Part shown: positions 12,030 to 26,037 of the stretch, one piece after another | Position numbering within the stretch: position 1 is the stretch's first letter | How the letters are laid out: each line of letters opens with the position of its first letter | Assembly (NCBI GenBank): GCA_043228905.1 | Contig: JBHGNT010000001.1 | Span: forward strand, 25,048,001-25,112,000 | Reading direction: 5' to 3' | DNA length: 64,000 bases | Origin: Azolla caroliniana | Taxonomy: Eukaryota; Plantae; Polypodiophyta | The notes under the pieces: generated by a model | What the model was told of the DNA's origin: nothing | Databases searched by the model: none | The model's input: only the letters and a program-made list of their open reading frames with translations | Position numbers and translations under genes: made by a program

Positions 12030-15000
12030 AGCGGACTATTGAAGCATGGGGCACAAATAGTCCGAGCAATCACAAGACCCCACAAGAAAGAAGAGTGCGT
12101 GGATTGCAAGGAGAAGCAACATGTGTCACATCAAGTGGCGCATGTAAACTAGTACTCCCCGACACGAAGCACAAGCGCCGGATACAAGAATTTGAGAAGA
12201 TGCTGAAAGAAGAGAACATAATAGAAGAAGGAGAGTTCGTGACTCATATTATGGAAGAAGCCTCATTTAACGACACCATCGGCGAAATCGAGGACGTCGT
12301 GGACTTGAGCTATCTTGACAACCAACGCGTGATTTCGGTTAACTCCGTCAACATGTACGCTATCATCGATGAATACCGTCGTGGCATCTCGATGAAGGAA
12401 GCTGACATCAACACGAAATATAAAACGGTGGATAAGAAGATCAAGCCAGTTGCGATTCCGCTACCGGAAGATAGCTGGCAAAAGATGAAGGAAGTCGCTA
12501 ACGATCCAAGCTTAAGAGATCCGAAGAAGATAGGTCATGTCTTCACCAAAGAGATGAAGGGGAAGCTACAAGTTGGAAAGGAGGATTTCCTTCTCCTTGA
12601 AGAGGAGCGAATGTTTCGCGATATGCTTGAGAGACATGGGAAGGCTTTCGCATTCTTCCCATGAGAAATCAGATGCGCCGACCCAAAGGTTATAGAGCCG
12701 ATGGTGATCTTCACGGTGCCTCATGTGCCTTGGAATTTGAAACCGATACCGGTTCTGAGAGCACACCTTCCGAAGCTGATCGAGCTCTTAAAGGAGAAGG
12801 TGAGTATGGGAATTCTAGAACCGTCGAATGCTCCTTATTCCAATAGGTGGTTCATGGTGCCGAAGAAGAATGGATCATTGCGATTCATCCAAGATCTTCA
12901 ACCCGTCAACAAGGTGACAATTCGAAATGCCGGAATCGGTCCGAGTGTGGACGAATTTGCCGAAGCGTTTGCAGGCCGGTCCATCTACTCCATTGGCGAT
13001 CTCTACTCCGGATATGACCAATTCCAATTGGCGATCGACAGTTGGGACATTACAACCATGAGGACTCCGATCGGGCTTCTGCGGATGTGTACCTTACCCC
13101 AAGGCGCAACGAACTCGGTGGCTCATATGGTGAATGCCATGAATAAAGTCTTGAAGGATTGCATTCCGGACATCACGATGTCATTCTTTGATGATATTCC
13201 GATAAAAGGATGTTCAGATGAGGAGAAAGATGAATCGAAAGATAAGGAAGGTTGTAGAAAGTTCGTTGCAGATCATATGAAAGATTGCGAGAAGGTGCTT
13301 CAAAGGCTCGAAGATGCGAATTTGACATTTTCGGGAGAAAAATCCGCATTCGGGCAACCGGAGATCTTGGTGGTAGGTCACTTGTGTGGAGCATACGGCC
13401 GGAAGCCCTCGCCATCCAAAGTGAACGCAATCCAAGACATGAAAGAAGAATGCGAAAACCAAACGGAGGTTCGAAGGTTCATTGGAGCGTGCGCATTTTA
13501 TCATATATGGATTCCTCACTACGCTCATGTCGCCGAACCGTTATATGGACTACTAAAGAAAAGAATAAAGTTTGAATGGCGAGACGAGCACACAAAGGCG
13601 ATGCGAAGATTAAAGAAACTGCTTCTTGAAGCTCCGGCACTAAGGAAGGCCGACTATGCCAAAGGGAAACCAATTTACGTGACCGTAGATACGAGTCCAA
13701 CCGGAATCGGGTGGGTCATCAACCAAGAAGGTGAAGATAATGCGCGATATGCCGTCCGGTTCGGAGCAAAGGTTCTCAGCGAACGGCAACAAAGATATGC
13801 CCAAGTCAAGCGGGAACTTTGGGGTATTGTGTCAGCAGTGAAGACGGACAAAGATTACCTGATCGGGACAGAAGTGATAATAGAGACAGATTGTCTCCCA
13901 ATTCTCGGAATGGTCTTGGGATGTGCGACCCCAGATCTTGCTATGCTAAGGTGGATCGCCTACATCAAGTCTTTAAACCCAGAGATCCGTCACATTGCAA
14001 GGAAGAAGAACGCCATGGCTGACATGCTGTCGAGGGCAAGATTTTCAAATGGAAGTAACATGGTTTCGGAAGATGAAGATGTCGCCCTCGACTTCTTCAA
14101 GATGGCTCGATTGTCAGCGGAAGACCAGGACACGCAAACCCTCCACGCCTTCAACGAGAACGAGTACGAAGGAGAGTGGTTACTCATTGGTAGATTCCTA
14201 AGAACATTGACGGCAGATGCTTCGTTGACAAAGGAGGAGGCCCTACGAATCCGAAAGAAAGCTTACCGATACTTCTTGAAGGGAGGATTCCTTTGGCGAC
14301 ATCCAAAAAGAAGGACAGGAATACCACGTCGAGTGGTGGTAAAGAAAGAAGAGCAAGAGACGCTGATGACCGAATTCCACGAGAGTGCTTGGGCAGGTCA
14401 TATAGGAACATGGGCGACGGTCGAAAAGTTGAAGGAGAAGTACTAGTGGCCAAGCATGTACAAAGATGTACTCCATTTTGTGTTCACATGCGAAACTTGC
14501 CAAGTATATTCAAATATACGTCATCGTGATGAGTTAAACCCGACATACCCACTCACCATACACTTCAAATGGATGGTGGATCTGGTCTCGATGCCAATGG
14601 GAGTGGGACAAATGAAGTACTTAGCGCTGGCAAGGGAAGACTTGACAAATCAAGTGGAAGGACGAGCCTTGACAAATAAGACGACTTCAGCCGTTTGCAA
14701 ATTTCTACTTGAAGATGTTGTTTGCCGATATGGATTTGTAGGGAAGATAGTGGCCGACCGAGGGGAGTTGGACGCGCACAAAGCAACGGAGCTCTTCAAA
14801 AGACTAGGCGTGAAGCTCTCCCTCACGACTGCCTACAATCCGAAAGCAAATGGGAAGATCAAGCGAGGGCATGGACCTATCGTTAAAGGCATCGTACGGG
14901 CATGCAACGGTCGAGTCGGGAATTGGGCACGACTATTACCCTATGCCTTGTGGGCCGATAGAACGATACATAGCTCGGTGACAGGGTATATGCCGACGGA

Positions 15001-15514
15001 GCTTATGTATGGACAAAAGCCGATTATGCCCATTGAAAGGACGATCGCCTCATGGGTAGCGATACCGTGGGAGAACGAGATGAGCCGAGAAGAATTATTA
15101 GCAGCGCGGATAAGGCAACTTGAAAGAAGACCTGAAGATTTAGAAAAAGCGCGAAAGATGATGAAGGCAGCCCGAGTAAAAAACAAAGTTCGGTTCGACA
15201 ACACGCATCGACTTCGTCCCAAGAAGATTAAAGAAGGGGATTGGGTTTTGGTTTACGACAGCACCCTTGACAATCAACACAGTACAACAAGGAACTTCGC
15301 AAGAAGATGGTTCGGGCCATATGTGGTGACAAGTGCCAACGATAATGCCACATACCACCTTGCGGAACTAGACGGATCAAGGTTGGTCGTACCCATTGCG
15401 GGAAAAAGATTAAAGCTTTTCAAGAAAAGACAAGACAAGGATCCTGACCTCGATTACCTCGACGATGAACATAATAGGCCGGATGAAAATGAAGACATGG
15501 AGGAATCTAATTGA
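12020..15514 (+). pseudogene. pol: pol of element E (RT FFDD, RNase H VDTS, integrase) with stops at 12662 and 14444
   Basis: ORFs 12095-12664, 12701-14446, 14456-15514 share one frame, -1 relative to gag-pro. Confidence 0.92.
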
Positions 15515-18500
15515 TCATCGTAACCGAAATCTCACTTCTTCTCTTCTTGGCACGTACCGGAGGACGTGCGGTTTGGTGGGGGTGGATGTCGTGAAGATTT
15601 TCGGCAATAGTGTGGAAATCCCATAAAACGTACGAAATCGAGTATGAATCACATAATACAATAATTGTGAAGATAACATTTTTAATATCTAAGTACAAAA
15701 TGATGGAGGTTTCGAATGCACTTTATTACACGAGAAATGGACAACTAAATGTCAAGATATGAGGGTATAAAGTTTGTGAAAGAAAAGAGAAAATTGTGAG
15801 ATATCCCACATAGGCACGATAAATATGGCTCTCATCATATATAAGGTGGAGCAAAAGATATTATCTTTGTGTCTATGTGTGGAGCATAGAGAGTTCAAGG
15901 TAACTTGAACTAAGAGTGGAGGTGGGCTAGCTACTCGTAAAGGGTTTTGGCCAACCAAAACCGGACCGGCGATGGAGACGGTGAACCGACGGCATCCGGC
16001 GACGGCACCGGCATCTGGCGAGGCACCGGTAACCGACGGCATCCGGCAGCGGCACCGGTATCCGGCGAACCGGCGTCCGACGACTAGATAAATAAATATA
16101 TAAATATATATACATATTTACATATACAAGGAGGGCAAGTAAGGATTCGAACCTTGCACCTCCAAGTTAGGAGTCAATTGGCTTACCATTAAGCCATGCT
16201 ATTTAGTTGAAATTATATTTCTATCATTGTACTTTTACATGTAAATTCTCATACATGAGAGCTAAAATGAGTGACATGGTTATCATGCACCACATGTAAT
16301 ACTTAAGCGCCAAATGGCAAACATGCAATTTATGCATGTCTTGTACCCTCACATGCATCATATGCATGAGAGCATCTATAAAAGAGGGAAGGGGGAGGAG
16401 AAAAAACACGGTTTTTTTTATTATGAAATTAAGAAGAAGAAATTCGTTATCAAATTGATGGTGTAACTTGTTTCTTAAATCCAAAGATAAAACTTCAATC
16501 AATCTTTCTCAATCATTTAATCTCAACTTCTCTCTTTCCCAATCTATCTTAAGTACTTTCTCGCCAAAGCTTGTATCGACTTTGAATCCTTCCGGTCCAG
16601 AACCCCAGCGGTTCCGCCTCACGATCCGCGCGTAATGACGGATCTTCACGACAGCGTTCCTACAAGGCGATCTTGAGGAATAGGTGTACATGGTATAGCC
16701 CCCCGGATTTCTATCCGAACAGAACACTTCGGTAGTCTGCCAATTGAAGAAGGCGTTATACGAACTTTAGCAAGCCCCGCGAGCTTGGAACGCGAAGATT
16801 ACGCAACGATTGCGTAGAATGGGGTTTACGACGTCCAAATCGAACTCTTCATTGTTCAATCGGCAAGGTTGACATGGACCGGAGTGTCTTTTACTTTATG
16901 TTTATGATTTAGTCATTGCCGGTGCCGACCTGGAAGAAATCAGTCGTAAAGTCTCGGCATCGTTCGAAATGAAGGATCTTGGCGACCTTCATTACTTCCT
17001 CGGGATCGAAGTGATCCATTCTCCCGAAGGCATATTGATCAGTCAACATCATTATGCGCTGAATATGCTCTTCAACTTCAGGATGGCAGATTCTAAGGCC
17101 ATCTCGACCCCTCTGGATAGAAACATAAAGCTTCGCCAAGATTCGGGAAAGGCATGCGACCCGACATGGTTTCGACAAATGGTCGGAAGCCTCATCTACT
17201 TGACGATCACTCAGTCGGAATGATCAGTCAATTTATGTCGCAACCCACAACAGAACACCTTCAGTGCGCGCAAAGGATATTACGATATGTCAGCGACACA
17301 AAAGACATGGCGTTATTGTATCGTACAGACGTAGCGGAGCAATTAGTCGGCTACAGGGATGCTGATTGGGTCCGAAATGCCCACGATCGTAGATCCACAT
17401 CCGGATACGCATTCTCATTAGGAAGTGCGGCATTCGCGTGGAGCAGTAAGAAGCAACCGACAATGGCACTGTCAGCACGGAGGTCGAATATCGAGTGGCG
17501 ACTATCGCTACGTGCGAAGTCATTTGGCTGAAACGGCTATTGCACGATCTACACGTAGAGGTGTCCGATCCAACGACGATCTACTGTGACAAGCTCAACA
17601 ACATCCACCTTGCGAAAAACCCTATATTACACGCTTGGACTAAGCACATTGAGGTGCACTACCATTTTGTCCGCAAGCGTGTCCTTTCTGGTGAAATCGA
17701 ACTGGCGTATGTTCCAATGGGTCGGCACATTGCCAACATCTTCACCAAGCCCCTTGGTCTCGACATGTTGCGGCATTTCTCGGATGAGCTAGGTTTGGGT
17801 CACCTCGACACGCCGAACTTCAAGGGGAGATAGGAATAGGAGCGTGAACAGGAGCGGTAGTGATCACGATGCCGAATTGGATGAAGAATTCGATTTCGGG
17901 CGGGCTGAAGAAGCCGAAGAAGAAAACAGGGGCCGTAATCGCAAGGAAGCGCTGAAGACAGCCGAACAAAGGGGAAACAAAGCCAAGAAAGGCGTAAAGG
18001 CCAAGACTAAGACATGGTTAGATGTAGTTAAGGGCCTAAAGACAAAAGGTGAATTGGAGACAGCCAATTCAGATGTAAGCGAAAACGAGTCGATAGTGAC
18101 TGATTTAATCGAAATGTTCAATACGGACATTACGAATCAACTAAGGGTGAAGCGGAGGAAAGGGCAGCAAAAGAGGCACCAACACTGCGACAGAAAGGGA
18201 GCTGAGAAAGGCCACATGAGTAGAAATGTCGATCGAAAGGGCCGAAGCGTGCGGAATCGAACGGGTCGAGGAGCGCGAGCGAGGCGTGAAGCCAGGAGAG
18301 GCCGGAGCGAAGATCCAGAAAAGCATATGGAACCTCAAGTTGAGCTTGAGGGGAAGTGTTAAGAGACAAGCTCAACATTGGGTGCGTAAACGGATGCATA
18401 ACCCAGTGTGTAGATTGGGTGCGTAAAACCGTACGCAAAATATGGTCGTGGCGGTGTTTAAACCGAAAGGCCATTAGAACGTTATTCCTCATAAGGAATA

Positions 18501-18781
18501 GTTTTGGGAGTTAGTGTAGAAGGCTCATTTATGAGCGGTCAAGTACTGTCAGTACTTGTGTCAGCCCGATAGTCCAAGCTTGTATAAAAGATGGTCACTG
18601 AGCATGAAATATGTATAGAGAACATACAGAGACTTATTTTTTAATATAGTTTTGTGCTTTCTTCTCACTCTGTCTTTCCCTCTCCTTCTCTGTGATTTTT
18701 GCATTTTATTGGACTGTCATACTTTTGAACCCTGTACTCTATGCTCTTATGCATATGCTTCCGCACACATACTCTTTTACA

Positions 18782-20593
18782 CTCTTCGATGTAGCACCCA
18801 AGATGCGTGAATCGAACTTGCATTCCCTGGTCGATGATCTAACCAACCAACAGCAGTTTCTTGGTTATTGTCGGGATGTGCAGCACATTCATGGGTTTCC
18901 CTTTTAGCCCAACATGGCTGAGGGGAACTTCGACGACATGTTTGATGGTATGCGGAGTGTCATCTCCTGTTTCCACCACTCCTTGTTTTTCCGGTTTCTC
19001 CAAGTACAAGAACCATTCCTCATGACTTTTCATATGATTTGATGCTCCAGAATCAACATACCACACCTCGTTCGATTTCAAGGTGTTCACGGCCATCGAA
19101 TTGTCCTTGTGCTTTATTATGAAGGCTAGGCCCGATCCATTTCCGGTTCGTTTGGAGCCTTCGGCGTAGTGCGATTTCTGACACCTTCCTACATCTCTTC
19201 CGCTCGATCCGGCTTTGTTCGAATCGGCTCTCTTCTTCCAGCACTCGCTCTCCCTATAGCCTTTCTTGCCACAGTACCAGCATTCCGTCGCGGCCTTCTC
19301 TTGCCGGCTTCCGGCGCCGCTATGACTCCCCCTGCTTCCGGAGGTTTCGAAATTACTTCCAGCATTTCAATTATGCCGCACGTTCTGCTCTTTTCGGCCG
19401 CCTCCATTGCGTGCCGATCCGCCTCGTCCACCACGACCACAGGGCTTGTCTTCCTCCATGTACAACATCCTATCATCGGCGTTCATACTTGTCGACCCAC
19501 CCGTGTAATTTTCCTCCATGAGCAACATCAATTGAAGCTTGAAGAATGAAGGCGTATTCTCCCTTGTGCAGACTTCCGTTCGGAAATGCTCCAAATTTTG
19601 ATGTTAATCCTCCAAGACAAACCTGCACCATTTCGTCCTCCTCGACGTTCACGTTGACGGAGGCGAGACAGTCATAGATCTCCTTGATTTGGGCCATGTA
19701 ATCGGCCATAGACAGATCTTTCTATCGGACATTGTTGAGCTCCTGCCTAAGCTGCAACTTCCTGGTCGTGCTAGCGGCGAAAATCCCCTTGAGATTCGCC
19801 CATGCGTCCTTTGGCATTTTGGCATCCTGAATGTAGCTCAAGAGCTGGTCGCTCACATAGGACGCAAAGCAATAAAGAATTCTGCGTGCCGCTTATTCCC
19901 AAGCCGAAAAATCTTTGTGTGTTGATTCGAGTGTTGTATCATTAGCTCCTTCAACATAACTCCAGTAACCATGACCAAGCAGGTACTAGTGCATCTTGTA
20001 TGACCAAGATGCGTAGTTGCTCCTGTCGAGCTTCTCAGTTGGTAGCGAGCTTCCCATTCCTCTATCCATATTGTTGTCTTAACCTTTCCGAAAACAATAA
20101 CTTAACTCTGTCTTTATGGCAAGCTTTTTTGTCGGCTACAGAGGAGTCTCAACCCTCACACTCGGATACCATGTAAAAGAATATGTGTGCGGAAGCGTAT
20201 GCGAAAGACATAGAGTACACGGTTCGGAAGTACGATAGTTCGGTAAAACACAAAAAACATAAAGAAAGAGAGGGAGAGACAGAGAGAGTAGAAAACGAAA
20301 CTATATTTAAAAAGTAATTCTCTATATGTTCTCTGTACATACTTCGTGCTCAGTGAGCACCTTTTATACAAGCCCTGACCATTGGGCTGACACAAGTACT
20401 TACAGTACTTGACTACTCATAAATGAGCATCCTACACTTACTCCCAAAATTATTCCTTATGAGGAATAACATTCTAATGGCCTCTCAGTTTACATACTGC
20501 TACGGCCTATTTTTTGTACGGTTTTACGCACCCAATCTACGCATTGGGTTACGCACCCATTTACGCACCCAATGTTGAGCTTGTCTCTTAACA
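18782..20593 (-). mobile_element. Ty1/Copia element A: 5' LTR 20172-20593, PBS, gag-protease; interrupted by element B
   Basis: PBS TGGTATCCGAG (iMet-like) 20161-20171; gag start MGSSLPTEKLDRSNYASW ~20057; protease WYVDSGAS (18839-19096); LTR related to element B LTR. Confidence 0.88.
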
Positions 20594-23500
20594 CGCATCA
20601 AATCCTTCAGTGTTGTAGGCCACAATAATCCGCTTCGCCATATCTTCCTTGCCGTTGCGTCTCCATCATAATGTCCACCGGCAACTCCATAGTGAGCTTC
20701 CCATAAAATTGTGTCCTTTTCGTCGCTCCGGACCGCTCTTCGCCATATACCATGAGCTCCCTTGTGGTAGAACGTATCCTGCAATAAATAAAGGTGTCGG
20801 CTTTGTACCGCCAACCATTTCCATTCATCTCGATTTAACTCTTCTAGAGGCATTCCAGTGTTGAGGAAGTGATGCATGTTCATCAACCATTTGTCCTCCT
20901 CAATGACCATCCCATCCACTGTGTTTTCCGTTGTCACCCTAAACAGTTTTGCATCCGGTAGTTCATCTCGGACCCCGTCGCCTGCCTCTCCAGATTCCAA
21001 TCGGCTCAAGTAATCCGCTACTACATGTTGTACTCCCGATCTGTGGTAGATTTCAAATTCAAACTCCTATAGAAGCAGTGTCCATCGTGCTAGTTTCCCG
21101 GTTAACGATGATTTGGAGACCAAGTATAGCAATGCCCAATGATCCACATGGAGGTAATGAAGGTACTTCGTTACATTGTATACCATTCCCAAGGCTTCCC
21201 TTTCCATTGTTGAATAATTCTGTTCTACATGGGAGAGCTTCCGACTAGTGTAGTAAACTGGCCGGTACCACTTCGGTTCAATGAGCTACATAAGAACACT
21301 GCCAATCGCAATATCAGATGCATCCACAAACACATGAAATTCCTTCGACCAATCCGGGGGTTGTACCACCGGTGCCTGGGACAACATTACTTTGAGCGCA
21401 TGGTATGCCCTATCCCCCAGTTCCGTCCATTGGAAGGGTGTCCGGTGTACGACTGCATGTAGTGGTGTCGCAAGGTCGGCCAAGTATCGGAGCATCTGGC
21501 TATGCCACTGGATTTGTCCTAAAAACCAGCTTAAAGCTTTGGCGGTCGTCAGTGCAGGTGCTTCCAAAATGGCTTTAACTTTATCCGGGTCCATCGCAAT
21601 CCCGTCCTTACTAACGATATGACCTAGTAGCATGTCGTTGGTTACCCCGAATATGCATTTCGCCGGATTCAGACTTAGTCGGTAACCTCTGCATTTTTCC
21701 AGGCATAATTGGAGATGGTTAAGATGTTCTCCTTTCCTCCTATACACCGCAAAGTCATCTAAGAACACATGCATAAACGTTGGGATAAACTCCCCAAAAA
21801 TTTCCATGATGATTCTCTGGAACGTTGTCGGTGCCATCTTTAGTTCGAACATCATCACGACCGCTATGAAGACTCCCCATTTGGTTACGAACGTTGTTTT
21901 CTGCTAGTTTTCCGGGTGCATCCTAATTTGGTTATACCCCCTAAATCCGTCGAGGAAACTATACACCTTCTGACCCATCACCGCATCCAAGACTCCATCC
22001 GTGAATGCATTGGTGATAGTGGCAGCGTTTAATTTCCAATAATCTACACAGACCCGGATTTTCCCATTTTTCTTAGGTACTACCACAATTGGGCTTAACC
22101 AGGTGGCCTTCTTCACCGGCCGGATGAAACTGACCTGCAGCAACTTATCGATCTCCTCCTTCACTTTAGCGGCATAATTCAGATTCATCCAGTAACGTCT
22201 CTGTGCTACCGGTTTCACATCCTTGCTCAAATGGATCTGGTGCTAATACAATTGTGGGTCCAGTCCCCGCATGTCCTCATATGACCACGCAAATACATCC
22301 CGGAATTCTTTCAATAATGTTACCATTGCCGATTTCTCCTCCGGTGACATTTCTTTGGCCACATGTACCGGTCTTGTTTCTTCCCCAGTTCCTAAATTCG
22401 CTTCTTCCAAATGTGATTCTTTCACCTGTTGTGATACCGCCATCTCCCACTCTAGGGCTTCTTGTGCTTGGTGCAGTTCCTGAATTGCGTCCCGATCCGG
22501 CTCCTCACCAGCATCATCCGGGTGCATGATATATGAGGAGACCGCTTCGGCAACATCTACTTCAAACAGAGGGACTATCTTTGGGTTCTCCTCGAGGTAT
22601 CGATCTACTTCTTCATCGGCAAGCCCTTCCAACATGTTCACGCTTTCGTCATACAACGGTGTTACTTCCTTGCTTGCGCCTGCACAGGGTTGTGTTGGTA
22701 CTCTCACCTTAGTTTTCCCTCTTCGGAACGTAATATTGTTCTTCTGCCAATTTTGTTTAATATGAGCAGTCTGTAACCATGGTCGTCCTAGCAATAGAGG
22801 ATATGCTCCTTGCGCGTTCAACTGGAGGACCACCGCAGAAATTCGGAAGGCATGGCCTCCAATTGTCACTTCCAAGTCCCAGATCAATCCGGTTGGTCGT
22901 ACCGAACTGGTGTCGGGCATGGTTCCCATTCCTGAATTCCTAGAGTGTCGCATGTTCGAAGGCTTATTACATTTACTCTCGATCCACCATCAACAATTGT
23001 CCCCGGTACTTCTCGTCCCTTGATGATGGCGGTGATTCCTGGACTGCTCCTGTCTACCACTGTCGATCCCTCTTCCGGATTTGAGAAGAACGTCGGAGCC
23101 AATGTGGGACATGGTGGGGCCAATGTTGATTTTAAACCATCTGTGAATCGGGGCAGTAATTGCAGCAATCAACCCAGTGGTAGCATGATTTGGCATTCCC
23201 GTAGTGCCTACCACGTGGGGTTCTCCTGCCACATCGTCTCTATGGGTTCCTCCGATGTTTTCCTTTGCTCCTGTAGTTAGGTGACATTCCGTTCGTTCGC
23301 TTTTTCGATCCATTCTGTGGCTTGTTTTCAGATAGCTTCTTGAGCCTCCCATTTGGCCATCTTCCCTTTCGACCTGGTGGTGACTTGCTGGATGTTAGCC
23401 ACCTCCGCGACCATCATGTTGACTGCCGACTGTTTTTCGTTAGTCTTCACTAGACACTGATTGTTGTAGTGCCCGTCCTATCGACAATAGTAGCAATACA

Positions 23501-25772
23501 CCTTCTGTGTATTGCTAGACTTTGCTTTTGGTGTGTTACCCGACTAAAAACCAGATACTGCTTGGTTGGGCTCCTCTCTTCTTCGTTGTTCCGATTGAGC
23601 CCTAGTTATGCTTGTATCCAGCTCCCGTTGGTAATCCTTCACCGGTTCTCGACGCTCATCTTTTTGAGCGTTCCGTTTTTTATTATAGCGTCAGTTGTTC
23701 CGATATCCTTGCCAGCTCCGATCATCATAGTCTCCCCGTTGATCCTCTCTCCTCTGATTGTAGCCGAGGGAGTAATCTCGATCATAACGATCGTCGTTAT
23801 AGTCCTGACTTCGATCATTTCGGTCCCGGTCATAATCGTCCCATCTATCGTTGTATCGGACGTCTTGTATCGGTCTATAGCGATCATCTCGCCGAAATCG
23901 TTCTTCTTCGTCTTCTCGGTCGTTCCGGGTTTCAATGTGTCGAACTGGTGCAGCTTGCCAATTTAGCAGGTTGTATTCACAGCAATCCATTGTGTGTGAC
24001 CGGGAATGGCATAGCATGCATTGCAATCTCATCATGCACTCTATTGTTGATTGCCTAGGATTACGGCACATCGTGCATTGGACAGCCTGGCGAAACCGTA
24101 GGTCCTCTCCGGGAGGGAGTGCTCGTTGGAGTGCCCCCATCGTCAGCCAAGAACTATTCTTGTCCATTTCCATGACCCACGCAATGACCTGGTCTATTGT
24201 GCTGGTCTGAAAATCTATGACTGCACACAGTGTTCGGAGGGGTTCCTAGAGCGCTGCCAAAAATACCGCTTTCTCTTCTTCTTCTGGCGGTGCTCTAGTG
24301 AGTTGACTATGCATTTCCTGGAACCGTATGACGAGCTGATGAATGGTTACTATTGGGTCCTATCGTGTCATATAGAATTATCCAACAATTTCCCTTTGAT
24401 CCACCTGCCTGTGGAAGAATCGTAGAAACCTTGTGTTTAACTCTTCAAATGTGTCAATATTGTTGGGGAGGTACTTAGAGTGCCATTGTGTCGCTGGTCC
24501 CTCTAAAGTCATGCCGAATTCCGCTATTTTTTATCGTTTGGCCTCTACTTCGGTCACTCGTTGGGAGACATGGTTTGCCTCCCATGTTTGGAGAAATGCG
24601 TATACGTGGGCTTCCGCGTCCGGGTCATCCAAATACTTCGGATATTGCTAAAGCATTGTGTTGTCGTTTTCTTGTGTTGCCGGGGGCGGTGTCGGAACTC
24701 ACTCCTCCAGTTCCTTCGGTGATTCGGGTGGTGATGTTGGAACTCACTCCTCCTGTTCCTTTGGTGACTCGGGTGGTGGTGTCGGAACTCGCTCCTCCTC
24801 TTGGTGGTCCACGCCACTCGTTTTGTCCGGAGATTCCGGTTTTGTTGTTTCTGGCTCCAATTTTGTTGTCTCTGGCTCCGGTGTCAGTATGTGGTCCCAC
24901 TCGTCGTCTTCCGGGTCGTCTGGGGTATCGTGGCTAATACGATAATTCGATTGGACGATGTGTTCGCCGTCCAAATCCATTTCGATGGCAGAGAACGCTT
25001 TCGAATCACCATCTCTTGCAGCAAGTGTCTGCAGAATGGACTCTGCTTCCTGAAGACTGCTCAGACTACTTCCTTCATCTGGGTGGTGGTTCTGTTGCAA
25101 TCAGAGTGACTCCTCCGCGACCCGCCGAATCACCCTGGAAAAAGACCGATCCACACGGATTTTCTCCGCCGCCTACTGGTACGCCTCCCACTTCCGCAAT
25201 CTCTCAATTAGTCTTCTTGCTCGTTCGGCAACTGGGTCGTTCGTTGGTCTAGTCATCCATTCCCCCGTTGTTCACTTCTTTCTACAAGAATCGTGGTCGT
25301 CCAAACTGTGTTAATCCTGGGTTGGACAAGCCACTAACATAGGGTGTCCTTCCAGAACACTTCACCAAAGGGGTGGTACAGTAAGGAATGGGAAGACCGT
25401 AACACTAAACCAATCCTCTCCGATTGTTATCCATATCGATTAGTTACACGCATAGGATCAACATCATTAAGCACAAAACGGAAATGACAGGATAAACAAT
25501 ATATGAAAATAACAGCACTTCCCTATTAATTATCCGTCTCCAGTTACATCATATCCGGATCCTTTTATAGGTATCCAACTATGTTACAAACTGGTGCCAA
25601 CCGGCAACCAGCTACGAACCGGTCCGGATCCGGATTGGCATACCAATTCCAGGTCCATCTGTCTGATCTTATAATTATAATAATTAATTCTAATTACAAC
25701 TCCCTTTATCCCAAAATTGGATCCCCTTTCATACTTTGGCCTAACCAGCCAACACCTCTACCGATGACAACA
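20594..25772 (-). mobile_element. Decayed Athila/Tat-like Gypsy element F (gag, protease IVDGGS, RT FLDDF, RNase H DASD, start of integrase); interrupted by element A
   Basis: ORF fragments 20524-21009, 21286-21858, 21904-22230, 22243-22953, 22884-23168, 23691-24173. 5' LTR approximately 25374-25772 (boundaries uncertain). Confidence 0.8.
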
Positions 25773-25975
25773 CATCCAATATCGATTTTGAGCATTAGCA
25801 CGAGGAGGCACCATTATTGATCGTAATATTGGCCAGACCACTGAATATGTGCACTCTACCTCAACCCATACAAGACACTCTTGCTTCAATATATCTTCAT
25901 ATTCCACTAGTGGCCTCCACAGAACAATATGAACCAAACTTTTCTCATAAAACACTGGCAATTTATTGAGTAATT

Positions 25976-25980
<5 letters not shown>

Positions 25981-26035
<55 letters not shown>
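25981..26035. repeat. (CT)n microsatellite
   Basis: ~27 CT units. Confidence 0.95.

Positions 26036-26037
<2 letters not shown>

Larger units (their letters stand above)
8700..16653 (+). mobile_element. Full-length non-chromoviral Gypsy element E (tRNA-Trp PBS; possibly Phygy/Selgy-like)
   Basis: 1067-bp LTRs 8700-9766 and 15587-16653 (~13 mismatches by eye). 4-bp TSD GCAT/GCGT. PBS TGGTGAACCTGACGTGA 9775-9791. PPT-like GGTGGGGGTGGA 15575-15586. Confidence 0.95.
8105..18781 (+). mobile_element. Ty1/Copia element B (RT-RH-extension + 3' LTR), split by element E and by element C
   Basis: EPESYAEA, IGCRWVFKVK, QMDVKNA|FLQG split exactly at the E insertion; KHIEVHYHF; PPT GAGGGGAAG 18348-18356; LTR 18357-18781 (TGTT...TACA). 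Confidence 0.9.

Noticed and set aside
20523-20572. TACGCACCCA repeats
   Set aside because: Ordinary U3 enhancer-like repeats of the Copia LTR
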